Shown: positions 9,647-19,668, counted from the first letter of the stretch. The stretch is 64,000 nt of DNA from Candidatus Xenobia bacterium (GCA_045863235.1 BTUM01000036.1:9711-73710), one strand, 5' to 3'. Numbers and translations are program-made. The notes: a model not told the origin generated them from the letters alone.

Positions 9647-10496
9647 GTCCTGTCTCCTCCCAGTAACCCGCCACTACCCGGGGCAGCCCGGACAGGTCCG
9701 AAACCAGCCGGGTGCGGGTCAATCCTCTCTCGATCATCATGGCTTCTACCCCTTCGGACTGGTGGGGAGCCACCTCCAGGGCCAGCACCCCGCCCTCCTG
9801 CAAAAACTCGGGGGCCCGGCTCAGGATGCGCTCGATGATCTCCAGGCCGGTGCGCCCTCCGAAAAGGGCCGTAAAAGGCTCGTACTGGCGCACGTTGGGC
9901 TCGGGCTGGGGCCCGCAGTCGAGTCCCACGTAGGGGGGGTTGCTCACGATCAGGTCAAAGCGCCCGCTGACCGGAGCAAAAAGGTCGCCGATCTTGACCT
10001 CGACCTCGGTTCGATGCAGCCGGCAGTTGCGCAGAGCCACTTGAGCTGCGTCCGGCTCGATCTCCACGGCCGTCACTTCGGCCCCCGCATGCTCGAGAGC
10101 CAGGGTGACCGCCAGCACGCCGCTGCCGGTGCCCAGGTCGAGCACCCGCGGGCGAGTCAGGCCGCTCTTCTTCAGCGCCTCCAGGCCGACTTCCACCAGG
10201 GTCTCCGTCTCGGGACGGGGGATCAGCACCTCGGGAGTCACCTCGAAGCGCCGTGAATAGAACTCGCGCCAGCCGATCAGGTAAGCCACGGGAATACCCT
10301 GCTCACGGAAAGCCAGCAGGCTGCGATAACGCTCCAGGGCGGTTTCGCCCAGAGGAGCATTGGAGCGAGCATAGAGCAGCGTGCGGCTGCTCTCGAGCAC
10401 GTGGGCCAGCAGCACCTCGGCGTCCAGACGGGGCGAGCGCGGTCGACTCTGGCTCAGCCGCCGGGCGCCTTCGTCGAGGGCCTGGGCCACCGTCAT
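9624..10496 (-). CDS. prmC: Release factor glutamine methyltransferase
   Basis: LIPRPETE, DLGTGSG, SNPPY; follows prfA. Confidence 0.95.
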   Translation of the reverse strand: MTVAQALDEGARRLSQSRPRSPRLDAEVLLAHVLESSRTLLYARSNAPLGETALERYRSLLAFREQGIPVAYLIGWREFYSRRFEVTPEVLIPRPETETLVEVGLEALKKSGLTRPRVLDLGTGSGVLAVTLALEHAGAEVTAVEIEPDAAQVALRNCRLHRTEVEVKIGDLFAPVSGRFDLIVSNPPYVGLDCGPQPEPNVRQYEPFTALFGGRTGLEIIERILSRAPEFLQEGGVLALEVAPHQSEGVEAMMIERGLTRTRLVSDLSGLPRVVAGYWEETGREDLGAR

Positions 10497-11566
10497 CGCT
10501 GGGCCTGCGCGAGCAGCTCTTTCTGCTCTTCGTCCTGCAGGGCCCTGATGACCGGCTCGAGGTCGCCGTTGAGCACCGAAGGGAGGTTGTGCAGCGTGAG
10601 CCCGATTCGGTGGTCGGTCACGCGACTTTCCTTGAAATTGTAAGTGCGGATCTTCTCGGAGCGGTCGCCCGTGCCCACCTGGCTGCGCCGCTCGGCGGTC
10701 AGCTCTTGCTCGGCTTTGAGCCGCTCGGCCTCGAGCAGCTTGGTGCGCAGCATGCGCATCGCCTTGTCGCGGTTCTGGTGCTGCGAGCGCTCGTCCTGGC
10801 AGGCCACCACGATGCCGCTCGGGAGGTGGGTGATGCGGATGGCTGACTCGGTCTTGTTGACGTGTTGCCCGCCCGCTCCCTGGGCCCGGTAGGTGTCCAC
10901 CTTCAGATCCTCGGGCCGGATGGGGATCTCATCGACCTCTTCGGCCTCGGGCAGCACGGCCACGGTGACGGTGGAGGTATGGATCCGACCCGAGGACTCG
11001 GTTGCGGGCACCCGCTGAACGCGGTGCACACCGCTCTCAAACTTGAGATGAGAATAGGCCTCGTGGCCGGCGATCTCGAAGACCACCTCCTTGAACCCGC
11101 CCAGCTCGGTGGCGTTGTCGCTCAGGATGCTGTATTTCCAGCCTGGCTGCTTGTCAGCATAAAGGCAGTACATGCGAAAAAGCTCCCCCGCAAAGAGAGC
11201 AGCTTCCTCTCCCCCGGCGGCAGCCCGAATCTCGACGAGCACGTTGCGATCGGCATTCGGGTCGCGAGGCAGCAAGAGCCTCTTGAGACGCTCCTCGAGG
11301 CCCTCGCGCTCGGCGTTCAGGCGGGGCATCTCCTCGCGGGCCAGAGCTCCCATCTCGGGATCGACCAGCATGGCTCCCACTTCCTCGAGCTGATCGAGCA
11401 ACTCGCGGTAGCGGCGAGCCACCTGGGCCAGCTCCTCCAGGGACGCGCGTTCGCGCGCCACCTTTGTGTAGGAGGCCACGTCCGACTGCAACGAGGGGTC
11501 GCACAGCTTGCGGTCGAGCTCTTCGAACCGCCGCTCGATGTCCAGCAGTCGTTCCCTTTCCAGCAC
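10493..11566 (-). CDS. prfA: Peptide chain release factor 1
   Basis: GGQ motif, PAT anticodon-mimic in [19 protein letters not shown]. Confidence 0.97.
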   Translation of the reverse strand: MLERERLLDIERRFEELDRKLCDPSLQSDVASYTKVARERASLEELAQVARRYRELLDQLEEVGAMLVDPEMGALAREEMPRLNAEREGLEERLKRLLLPRDPNADRNVLVEIRAAAGGEEAALFAGELFRMYCLYADKQPGWKYSILSDNATELGGFKEVVFEIAGHEAYSHLKFESGVHRVQRVPATESSGRIHTSTVTVAVLPEAEEVDEIPIRPEDLKVDTYRAQGAGGQHVNKTESAIRITHLPSGIVVACQDERSQHQNRDKAMRMLRTKLLEAERLKAEQELTAERRSQVGTGDRSEKIRTYNFKESRVTDHRIGLTLHNLPSVLNGDLEPVIRALQDEEQKELLAQAQR

Positions 11567-11581
11567 GGCCTGGGCTCCGGT

Positions 11582-11794
11582 CTACTTCTTGCCTTCCTTG
11601 GCGTAGCGCTGGCGGAACTTCTCGACCTGACCCTCGCGGGCGATGCTGCGCTGCTTGCCGGTGTAGAAGGGATGGCACTGGCTGCAGACTTCGACCTTGA
11701 TCTCCTTCTGGGTCGAGTAGGTGTTGAATACTTCGGCTCCGCACACGCATTTGACGGGCGCAACAAAGAATTCGGGATGGATTCCTGGCTTCAT
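11582..11794 (-). CDS. rpmE: 50S ribosomal protein L31 (zinc-binding type)
   Basis: MKPGIHP, CVCG, CSQCHPFYTGKQ. Confidence 0.97.
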   Translation of the reverse strand: MKPGIHPEFFVAPVKCVCGAEVFNTYSTQKEIKVEVCSQCHPFYTGKQRSIAREGQVEKFRQRYAKEGKK

Positions 11795-11839
11795 GACTTA
11801 CCTCGGTAACGTTTTCTGGCCCTCGAAAGAGCGCGGGGC

Positions 11840-11848
11840 ATTATAGCA
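11840..11848 (-). promoter_or_regulatory. Extended -10 promoter (TGCTATAAT) for the rpmE operon
   Basis: Perfect TGnTATAAT 45 nt upstream of the rpmE start. Confidence 0.7.
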
Positions 11849-11920
11849 TTCCGACCACGACTTCGGCAAGCGGGGTGGGCATCCAAGGATTCTTTAAGTC
11901 CTCGGGCCTAGAGTGTTCCC

Positions 11921-13495
11921 ATGGAGCCCATCCGCGCCCGACCTGTCTTGCTGCCTTCGCTGCGCCTGACCGCGCCTGCCCAGGCTCCCCCCCCGCCCGA
12001 GGAGGCGCGCGAGGTTCCGGTTCTGCCGGTGGCCCTGGGGGCGGTGGGCGCGGTGGTGGCGGGGACGGCACTGGCAGGCACGGGCTGGGGGCTGGCGGCC
12101 TCGGCGGCGGGAGCGGCCATCGGAGGGCTGGTGGGACATTTTCTGCCGCGCTGGCTGACTCCGGAGGGCCCCCGGCTGATCGTTGGGCACGTGGGCGAGC
12201 GGGAGGCCCGGCTGTGGGGTCGAGGAGATGCGAAGAACTCCGTGATGACGGCCCAGGTGCTCGACTCCGGCCGGGTGGTCTCCAGCGCCCGGGTGCAGTT
12301 GCAGGCGGAAACGGGCTACACGGGGGCTGTGACGTTGACCGGGTTGGAGCCCGGCCGCGAGTACCGCTGCCGCGTGGACTACGGGAGCTACCAGGAGACG
12401 GGCTCGTTCCGCACCGACGACAAGAATGCCGAGGAAGTCAGCTTTCTGATGGGGAGCTGCAACAACCACCGTTTCTGGAGGCGGGGGGAGGCCTGGGAGC
12501 GGATCGAGGCCCTGGCCGAGCAGACGAAGCCGGACTTTGTGTTGCACACGGGGGATCAGATCTATGCCGACCAGCCCTATCAGAGCCACGGGCTGGAGGG
12601 CTTTCGAGGGTGCTACCGGCGGGCCTGGTCGGACCCCGAGGCGCGCGAGCTGCTCAAGGAGCACCCCAACTACATGATTTTGGACGACCACGAGGTGGGC
12701 AACGGTTTTGCTCAGCACCAACCCCTGTCGCCAATTCGGCGGGCCTGGCTGTGGCTGAGCGGGCTCTGGGGATCAGAGCCCGCCCAGCGGCAATCGCTGC
12801 AGCGGGCCGGCCTGCAGGCTTACACGGAGTTCCAGCACAGCCACAACCCGCACCCGTTCGGGGAGGAGAAGCGTTACTACACCTTCTCGCGCGGGCCGGC
12901 CGAGTTCTTCGTGATGGACACGACCACCGAGCGAAATCCCGCCCAGGGGGAGATGATCGGCGCGGAGCAGTTGCAGCGGCTCAAAGACTGGCTCTCGACC
13001 AATCGGGATCGGCCCCGGTTCGTGGTCAGCAGCGTGCCGTTTCTGGCCGAGCAGACCTCGGAGGACCCGGAGGCGCGCTGGTCGAGCAGCGCCTTTCGCG
13101 CCCAGCGCGACGCCCTGCTCGACTTCGTGGCCCGAGAAGGGCTCAAGGGCGTTGTGTTCTTGAGCGGAGACTCGCACAACAGCTTTCACATGGAGACCAA
13201 CCTGGGCACCACCCGGGTGCACGAGCTGGGGGCCAGCCCGATCAACGGCTGGGTCTTGCGCGGACCGGAAATCTATCAGAGCAAGCGGACCGACCGCACG
13301 GCGGCGGGAACGGGCTACACCACCGAGCTGGACAGCCAGCACTTCCTGGGCGCCAAGAGCTATGGCTCGCGGGATACTTCGGCCTGCATGCGGATACGGA
13401 CGGACGGGGACGAGGTGGAATTCTCCATCCACCGCACCCACCGCGACGATGAAGGGGCACACTCCACCGGGAGGTTCTCGCTGGGGCTGACCTGA
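11921..13495 (+). CDS. PhoD-like alkaline phosphatase/phosphodiesterase
   Basis: GSCN, GDQIYAD, DDHEV, LSGDSH; N-terminal glycine-zipper-like hydrophobic segment, no Tat motif. Confidence 0.88.
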   Translation: MEPIRARPVLLPSLRLTAPAQAPPPPEEAREVPVLPVALGAVGAVVAGTALAGTGWGLAASAAGAAIGGLVGHFLPRWLTPEGPRLIVGHVGEREARLWGRGDAKNSVMTAQVLDSGRVVSSARVQLQAETGYTGAVTLTGLEPGREYRCRVDYGSYQETGSFRTDDKNAEEVSFLMGSCNNHRFWRRGEAWERIEALAEQTKPDFVLHTGDQIYADQPYQSHGLEGFRGCYRRAWSDPEARELLKEHPNYMILDDHEVGNGFAQHQPLSPIRRAWLWLSGLWGSEPAQRQSLQRAGLQAYTEFQHSHNPHPFGEEKRYYTFSRGPAEFFVMDTTTERNPAQGEMIGAEQLQRLKDWLSTNRDRPRFVVSSVPFLAEQTSEDPEARWSSSAFRAQRDALLDFVAREGLKGVVFLSGDSHNSFHMETNLGTTRVHELGASPINGWVLRGPEIYQSKRTDRTAAGTGYTTELDSQHFLGAKSYGSRDTSACMRIRTDGDEVEFSIHRTHRDDEGAHSTGRFSLGLT

Positions 13496-13530
13496 TGAGC
13501 TCTGTGCGGGCCGGGCCGCCTCCAAAGCAG

Positions 13531-13542
13531 GAACCTCTGTTC
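13531..13542. promoter_or_regulatory. Putative LexA SOS box GAAC-N4-GTTC
   Basis: GAACCTCTGTTC immediately upstream of the recombinase; a second palindrome TGAACA-T-TGTTCA lies at 13549-13561. Confidence 0.6.
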
Positions 13543-13554
13543 GATAATTGAACA

Positions 13555-14484
13555 TTGTTCAGCATGTCGGACATGCATCGAGCCCGCGGCTACTACGTGC
13601 AAGACTTCCTGGTGCACCTGTCGGTGGAACGCACGCTGGCCCGGCGCACCATCAAGGAATACGAGATGGACCTGGCCCTCTTCTACGAGTACCTCGAGCC
13701 TTATCTCTCCGACGATCTCCGCCTCGAGGCCGTGGACGCGCGCACCATCCGCGAATTCCTGGCCTATCTGCGTCAAGAGCGCGAATACACCGCCAACGCC
13801 CTGAACCGGAAGATCGCCTGCCTGAAGACCTACTTTCGCTTCCTGGAGAGCGAGGGCCATCTCAAGACCTCGCCCATGCACGGGGTCAGCTCGGCCCGCG
13901 ATGGCAGGCTGCTGCCCAAGGTGCTCACCCAGCCCGAGGTGGAGCAACTGCTCGAGGCCGCCCGCTCTCGCATCGAGACCGCCCCCAACCGCGAGTTCGC
14001 CTTGCGCGATCGGGCCGCGCTGGAGCTGTTCTACGCCAGCGGCATCCGCCTGGCCGAGCTGGTGGGGCTCGACCTCAACCACGTCGACCTCGAGCGCAAG
14101 AGCATGCGGGTCACCGGCAAGGGCAACAAACAGCGCTACGTCTTCATCAACGATGCCGCCGCCGGGGCCCTGCGCGACTACCTGGCGGCCCGGCCCAAAG
14201 CCAAATCGCAGGCCGTCTTCCTGAACCGCTTCGGCAACCGCCTCTCACGCCGCGCCATCGAGCTCACCTTTGCCCAGTTGATGCAGGAGGCCGGCCTGGA
14301 AAAGTCGGCCTCACCCCATACTCTGCGCCATTCCTTCGCCACTCACATGCTCGAGGGCGGATCCGACCTGGTGACCATCAAGGAGCTGCTGGGCCATTCC
14401 AGCCTCTCCACCACTCAGGTCTACACCAACCTGTCGCGCCAGAAGATGCGCGAGGTTTACGACGAGTCCCACCCGCGTTCATAA
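13555..14484 (+). CDS. XerC/XerD-family tyrosine recombinase (start may be ATG 13564)
   Basis: RDRAALELFYASGIRLAEL, GKGNKQR, HTLRHSFATH, LGH, TTQVY. Confidence 0.93.
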   Translation: MFSMSDMHRARGYYVQDFLVHLSVERTLARRTIKEYEMDLALFYEYLEPYLSDDLRLEAVDARTIREFLAYLRQEREYTANALNRKIACLKTYFRFLESEGHLKTSPMHGVSSARDGRLLPKVLTQPEVEQLLEAARSRIETAPNREFALRDRAALELFYASGIRLAELVGLDLNHVDLERKSMRVTGKGNKQRYVFINDAAAGALRDYLAARPKAKSQAVFLNRFGNRLSRRAIELTFAQLMQEAGLEKSASPHTLRHSFATHMLEGGSDLVTIKELLGHSSLSTTQVYTNLSRQKMREVYDESHPRS

Positions 14485-14585
14485 TTCGGTAACCTGGATT
14501 TCATCTTCCGGCAACAACGCGGCAACCATTCAGCCTGTCGAGCCGGGGCTCTCCTGCGGCATCCTGGAGGCGGAGGTGAGCGATC

Positions 14586-15320
14586 ATGAGTTCAACAATC
14601 GACAGATGCCAATCCTGGCGAAACGTGGGGCAGAGCCTGGGTCGGAAGGCCTTCCGCCCGATGGGAAAGGGGGATCATGGCCTCCGGGTCCGCAAGCTGC
14701 AGGCGGCCCTGGTGCGCTGGATGCCCGCCTGGAAGGGTAAACTGGCCGTGGATGGGGAGTATGGACCCCAGACTGCGGCCGCGCTGGCCGTCTTCAAAGC
14801 AACCTACGGGCTGGGAGTAGACGGCAACAGCCTCGACCCGAGCACGGCCAGGGCTCTGCGGTCGGTCCGAGATGGCAGCTGGTGGCGGGGTAAGGCGATG
14901 CCCCTGGCCAAAGAGCAGATTTACGAGCGGGCGCGCAAGCACGGCTTCCCGTTCGACCTCGAGCATCGACTGCGCCAGCTTCCCCCCTCCCAACTGGTGA
15001 CCTGCGATGGCTTCCCCATGCAGGCGGCCACCGCCCTTCGCTGGCTCGACTTCAACCGGCGCCTGGAGATCGAGCTGCCTGGCTTCGCGGCCTACCTGAC
15101 CTGTACGACTGGAGGCACCCACGCCAGCCCGGCCCACGCCGAGGGGCGAGCCGTCGACTGCGTGGTGGAGGACCCGCGCGGATACCCGGTGACCCTGGAA
15201 GAGTCCTGGCTGGCAGCGGGGGTGGCCGAGGCCTGTGGATTTTCGGTCTTCAATGAGTATGCTCACGACAGCCTGTACAAAACCGGCGATCATCTGCACC
15301 TGGAGGCGCCGGCGCCGTGA
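14586..15320 (+). CDS. Peptidoglycan-binding domain plus M15/Hedgehog-like Zn peptidase
   Basis: VRKLQAAL...VDGEYGPQT; H-x6-D (HAEGRAVD) and HLHLE. Confidence 0.7.
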   Translation: MSSTIDRCQSWRNVGQSLGRKAFRPMGKGDHGLRVRKLQAALVRWMPAWKGKLAVDGEYGPQTAAALAVFKATYGLGVDGNSLDPSTARALRSVRDGSWWRGKAMPLAKEQIYERARKHGFPFDLEHRLRQLPPSQLVTCDGFPMQAATALRWLDFNRRLEIELPGFAAYLTCTTGGTHASPAHAEGRAVDCVVEDPRGYPVTLEESWLAAGVAEACGFSVFNEYAHDSLYKTGDHLHLEAPAP

Positions 15321-15323
15321 AAG

Positions 15324-16742
15324 CTAAGGCTTGGAGACCAACAGCACCATGGAGCTCTCTCCCCCGCCCACCAGACCGCGCACGGTCACTCCGGGCTCGA
15401 TCGACTGCTCGAAGAGCAGCGCCCCATCCCCGCCGAAAGCCCTGAGCTTGCCGGCCGAGCGGTCGAGAACGACCGCCATGGGAGGAAGCGCCTGGCTCCA
15501 TCCCTGCGCATTCTCCACTTTCCACTGCTGCTGCCCGCTGAGCGGATCGAGTCCCCGGCAGCTCGACCCCTCCATCAACACCAGGCTGCCGCTCATTGCG
15601 GCCAGAAGCTCGCCCTGGACACCCTCGAGCAAGGTCTTCCCCGTTCGCAGCTCACGCACAGCCAGGCCCTCAGGGTGCCGAGTAAACAGGCGTCCTTGCT
15701 CGACCCGAAAGGCCCCCTCGTACGGCATCGACCAGAGCTTCTTCCCAGTGGTGGCCTCCAAGACAAGCAGCGACGTGCCGGAACGACCTGCCACCAGGCC
15801 CTGGTCGATCTTGACCTCTGTAAGAGGCTCAGGAAGTTGCACCGGAGACTCCAAAGCCTGGCCCGTCGCCCCGTTGAGCAGTGTCAGAGCCGAGCCATCG
15901 AGACGATAGACATGCTCGTCGAGAAGAATCTTGCCCGAATCACGCCAGAGCAACTTCCCGCTATCGGTCTCCCGGGCCAGCATCTGCCCCGAACGAGTCC
16001 GGGTGAACAAGAGCGGAGAGCGAGCCGAGACGACAAACTCCTGGCTCGTCGTCTCGACCTGCCACAGGCTGGTCCCATTGTCCACATCGACAGCGGTCAA
16101 CAGCCCAGCGTTGCTCCAAAAGACCTTCATGGCGCCGCAGGTGAAACGGTCGACGGTGGTCTCCATCTGCAGGTCCACCTCGCGCACTCTCTTTCCACGC
16201 GAAAAGAACCACACGTAGCGGCCGGTAAGCACCTCCGGCGTGGGCGTCGGCGTGGGGGTCGGTGTCGGCGTGGATGAAGCCGAGCCGGAGGCTTCGGGCG
16301 TCGGCTGGGACTCGGACCTGGCTGCCGCCGCGCTGTAGAAGCTGACCAGGTCTTGCAAAGAAAAGACCGGCAGCAGGTAGAGCTGAATCCAAAGCGGGAG
16401 AGCGAGGTTGGCTGTCACAAAGAGAAAAACTGAGGTATACAGTGGGGTCCACGGGGCATCCGACTCGCGGATGAGGCGTTCGCCCGCTGACAGATGAACG
16501 CGCAATACATTGAGCAGAAACACTCCCCCCAGCGTGGGAAGGCCAAGAATCAGCCAGGGTGCCAGCTTGCGGTTGGCGGCGAACCAGTCGCTCAAAGGGT
16601 GCTGCAAAATGCCCGGGAGAATCAGCCAGAGCTCGTGAGCCAACCAGAAGACGGCCAGCGAGAGCAAGAAGAGCAGGAACGACAGCCAGCAGGTCGCCCG
16701 GTGCATCCCCAGTAGATAGCGCCGCAGAACGTCCTTGTTCAC
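15324..16742 (-). CDS. Membrane protein with PQQ-like beta-propeller repeats
   Basis: About 3 TM segments, a (TP)n linker, repeated 'D..TGK.LW' blades; GTG 16742 overlaps the upstream stop. Confidence 0.75.
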   Translation of the reverse strand: MNKDVLRRYLLGMHRATCWLSFLLFLLSLAVFWLAHELWLILPGILQHPLSDWFAANRKLAPWLILGLPTLGGVFLLNVLRVHLSAGERLIRESDAPWTPLYTSVFLFVTANLALPLWIQLYLLPVFSLQDLVSFYSAAAARSESQPTPEASGSASSTPTPTPTPTPTPEVLTGRYVWFFSRGKRVREVDLQMETTVDRFTCGAMKVFWSNAGLLTAVDVDNGTSLWQVETTSQEFVVSARSPLLFTRTRSGQMLARETDSGKLLWRDSGKILLDEHVYRLDGSALTLLNGATGQALESPVQLPEPLTEVKIDQGLVAGRSGTSLLVLEATTGKKLWSMPYEGAFRVEQGRLFTRHPEGLAVRELRTGKTLLEGVQGELLAAMSGSLVLMEGSSCRGLDPLSGQQQWKVENAQGWSQALPPMAVVLDRSAGKLRAFGGDGALLFEQSIEPGVTVRGLVGGGESSMVLLVSKP

Positions 16743-17107
16743 CGGCGCCAGCGCTCTACCAGCAGAAACAGTGCCGCTCCAAGAGGAACCAGGCTGAAGA
16801 AGGCGTGCGTCACGGGCAGGAACCAGGAGCTGCGGAACGCCAGTTTCCGCAGATACAAGCGCAAAGCCAGAAAGAGCAGCACATTCAAGAGCATGAAAGC
16901 TGCCAGGCAGGCTTTCGGGTAGCCCAGCATCGCTCCAACCGCCAGCCGCAGGGGACTGTCCGAGAAGGCGACCACCCACATGAGGGCGGGTACGATCTGA
17001 AACCAGATGAACGTCCAGCAGACAGCAGCCAGCAAGAAGGAGCCGGCCAGGACCGTGTTGAGCAAACGCACGTCGGACAGGCCTGGAGGCAGCTTGCTTC
17101 GGGACAT
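16739..17107 (-). CDS. Hypothetical membrane protein
   Basis: 122 aa with 3 hydrophobic segments; coupled to the downstream gene. Confidence 0.6.
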   Translation of the reverse strand: MSRSKLPPGLSDVRLLNTVLAGSFLLAAVCWTFIWFQIVPALMWVVAFSDSPLRLAVGAMLGYPKACLAAFMLLNVLLFLALRLYLRKLAFRSSWFLPVTHAFFSLVPLGAALFLLVERWRR

Positions 17108-17204
17108 TCCTGATGATTCGGGAAGATGCGCGGGGAACCTCTGAGCTGTTGACCGCTCCTGTGGTCGCTGAACTTTTTTTCAGGCACCCGGGCTACACTG
17201 ACGT

Positions 17205-18038
17205 ATGCTCGTCTCCATGCGGCTTCAGAGCCCCATGCCGACGGCCCCTCTCCGGGCCGCGGCTGGTCCTGGCGACGCTGTCTCGATCGCCTACTACGAC
17301 GCCGCCCGCGACCAGGCCGAGGCGCAAAGCTACTACGGCCAGGCCGGCAAGGAGCAACATCCCGCCCAGCTCTTCCTCAAGCTGAGCAAGCTGCTCGAGC
17401 GCACCCACACAACCTTCCCGGGTTACGAGCCCGCCAAGTACGTGTTCCCCCGCCTGGACCGACGGCCCGACGGCGAGCTTTCCTGCCTCTACACCACCCG
17501 CCGGGTGTTGACCGAGCAGGGAGAGACCTGGTCGCGGCTGGCCCTGGCCAGCCCCCTCGATGCCGCCGGCCTGGGCCTGGCGGTGGCGGCCGAGGAGTCA
17601 CGCCCGCGGCTGACCGCCGAGCACGTGGTGGCTCGCGACTGGTTCGACGACCGCCAGCCGATGCGGGGCGATCTGCACAACCTCTTTGCCTGCGACAAGG
17701 ACGTCAACGAGGAGCGGGGCTCCACCCCGCTCGGCGAGGCCGGCCCGGACCGCATCGAGGTTCGGGGCGGCTGGCTCAGCCCCGATGGCCAGTTGTTTGA
17801 GCCTCGCGAGGGCAAGGGCCCGGCCGCGCGAGCCACACTGTATTTTCTGACCCGCTACCCGGGAGCCATCCACTGTTACGGACGCAAAGAGATCGAGACG
17901 CTCTTGCGCTGGCACCGCGAAGATCCGGTCTCCACCTACGAGCGCCACCACAACCGCGAGGCTTTCCTGCGCCAGGGCAACCGCAATCCTTACATCGACC
18001 ATCCGGACTGGGCCGAGAAGATTTTCCCGCGTCCGTAG
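17205..18038 (+). CDS. Endonuclease I family (His-Me finger) nuclease
   Basis: EHVVARDWF, DLHNLFACDKDVNEERG, ARATLYFLTRY, QGNRNPYIDHP. Confidence 0.88.
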   Translation: MLVSMRLQSPMPTAPLRAAAGPGDAVSIAYYDAARDQAEAQSYYGQAGKEQHPAQLFLKLSKLLERTHTTFPGYEPAKYVFPRLDRRPDGELSCLYTTRRVLTEQGETWSRLALASPLDAAGLGLAVAAEESRPRLTAEHVVARDWFDDRQPMRGDLHNLFACDKDVNEERGSTPLGEAGPDRIEVRGGWLSPDGQLFEPREGKGPAARATLYFLTRYPGAIHCYGRKEIETLLRWHREDPVSTYERHHNREAFLRQGNRNPYIDHPDWAEKIFPRP

Positions 18039-18144
18039 CCGGCTCTCGGCCCGCAGGATCTCCAGAAGCCCCACCCATTCGTATGCCCCCCCTGCATCCC
18101 CTGGCAGGTAGCCGGACGGCGGCCCCACGGGCTAAACTGGGGAC

Positions 18145-18281
18145 AGTCAAGGTTCGAGAGAACACCCGCGACCGGAGTCGATCAGGGACCCGCGCCCTCC
18201 CCAGCTCAGACCCTGGACCTGAACCGGATGCGGAAATGACCAACCCACCTCTGACGGGCGCTCCAGGGCGCCCTTCTTTCT
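18145..18281 (+). ncRNA. Candidate structured small RNA (rod-like, 6S-like layout)
   Basis: -10 TAAACT at 18133-18138; nested complementary segments; ends in a hairpin plus pyrimidine tract. Confidence 0.4.
18256..18281 (+). terminator. Intrinsic terminator
   Basis: GGGCGC-tccagg-GCGCCC followed by TTCTTTCT. Confidence 0.55.
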
Positions 18282-18477
18282 ATGGACAGCCCGTGAACAG
18301 ACTGCGGTTCCCAAGAGAGTCTCGGACGACCTGGCGGAGCCTCCCGACCGGCCGGTTGTGCGCCCGATCACAGACTCGAAACCGCCAGTCGAGTACACTG
18401 CAACCTGGGGAAGCCCGGCGTGAGAGAACAGGGGAACAACCCACCAGGCCGGGATCAAGAGTCGGGGGAGCACCACC

Positions 18478-19668
18478 TTGCACACCGACACCCAGCATAC
18501 CGTAAGGCCGGCGCAGTCGCTGCTGATTCTGCTGGCCGCAACCCTGACCGCGTTGCATCTGTGGCAGACCCGGGCGGTCGACGACGAGCTGCGGCGCCAG
18601 GCTCAGCTCGCCATGTTGAGCGCCCAGGTCTCGAGCCAGCCCGAGGCTGAGCGCTCGATCCAATCGACCGAGGAGATCGCCAGGCAAGCCGAAGGCATCC
18701 GCCAGCGGGTGAGCCGCTGGGCTCGCCTGGAAGGCATTCTCCTGGCCGCCCTCACGCTGCTGCTCTGTCTGCAGGCCATCCGTCGACGGGGCCCCAACCC
18801 GGAGGTGCTCGAGCGCCAACTCGATCAGCTCGAGGATGCCGGGCGTGACCTGTTGCGCCGGTTCCACGAGGTCGACCGCAGCCACCGGAAACTGAAAGCC
18901 GACCTGTCGGCAGCTGGACGGATGCAGCGGGCCCTGCTTCCCCAGCATCCTCCTCGGCTCCCGGCGGTCGAGGTGGGCTGGATGTTCACCGCTTGCTCTC
19001 ACGTGGCCGGAGACATGTTCAACGTCTTTGCCCTGGACGAACGCCGTCTCGGGGTATGGGTCCTGGATGTCTCGGGCCACGGGGTGCCGGCCGCGCTGCT
19101 CTCGGTGACGGTCAGCCGGGTGCTGCATCCCAACCCTCGCCAGGGCGGGCTTCTGCGCCGCCCGAAGCTGGGAGCGCCGGGGGGCTCGGAGCTGGTTTCC
19201 CCGGCCCAGGTAGCCCGCGAGCTCAACAGGCGTTACCCTCAAAGCCACGTGGCCGGCCTCTACTTCACCCTGGTCTACGGCATCCTGGATACCGTTTCAG
19301 GCACCTTCACCTACGTCCGGTGCGGTCATCCTCCCCCGCTGCTGGCCACCTCCGGACAGGTGCGGGCCATCGACTCGGAAGGATGCCTGCCGCTCGGAAT
19401 CCTGGACAGCTCAGAATTCCACGACGAAGTGGTGCAGCTGTCGCCGGGCGACCGGCTCATCCTCTACACGGACGGGGTGACCGAGTGCTCGGGTCCGGAT
19501 GGGGAGTTTGGCGAGGAACGCCTGCAGGCCATCCTGGCCGGTCGCAGGGGCCGGGGAGCCGTGGCCCTGATGGAGACCCTCAAGGCCGAGCTGGCCCGCC
19601 ACTCGTCAGGGCGGCCGCGCGACGACCAGACGGCCGTCTGCCTCATCTGGAGGCCTCGCCATGGCTGA
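18478..19668 (+). CDS. Membrane-anchored PP2C/SpoIIE-type Ser/Thr phosphatase
   Basis: Two TM segments, coiled coil, VAGDMF, DVSGHG, GHPPP, YTDGVTE, RDDQT. Confidence 0.9.
   Translation: MHTDTQHTVRPAQSLLILLAATLTALHLWQTRAVDDELRRQAQLAMLSAQVSSQPEAERSIQSTEEIARQAEGIRQRVSRWARLEGILLAALTLLLCLQAIRRRGPNPEVLERQLDQLEDAGRDLLRRFHEVDRSHRKLKADLSAAGRMQRALLPQHPPRLPAVEVGWMFTACSHVAGDMFNVFALDERRLGVWVLDVSGHGVPAALLSVTVSRVLHPNPRQGGLLRRPKLGAPGGSELVSPAQVARELNRRYPQSHVAGLYFTLVYGILDTVSGTFTYVRCGHPPPLLATSGQVRAIDSEGCLPLGILDSSEFHDEVVQLSPGDRLILYTDGVTECSGPDGEFGEERLQAILAGRRGRGAVALMETLKAELARHSSGRPRDDQTAVCLIWRPRHG

Noticed and set aside
13555..15320. Prophage or integron
   Set aside because: The recombinase is XerC/D-like with no IntI insertion visible; no attC cassettes or phage structural genes.
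16235..16275. Short GGCGT(G/C) repeats as a DNA element
   Set aside because: They simply encode the Thr-Pro linker of the beta-propeller protein.
18040..18477. Known riboswitch (TPP, cobalamin, SAM, c-di-AMP), SRP or RNase P RNA
   Set aside because: Only short partial resemblances; the full conserved cores are not present by eye.
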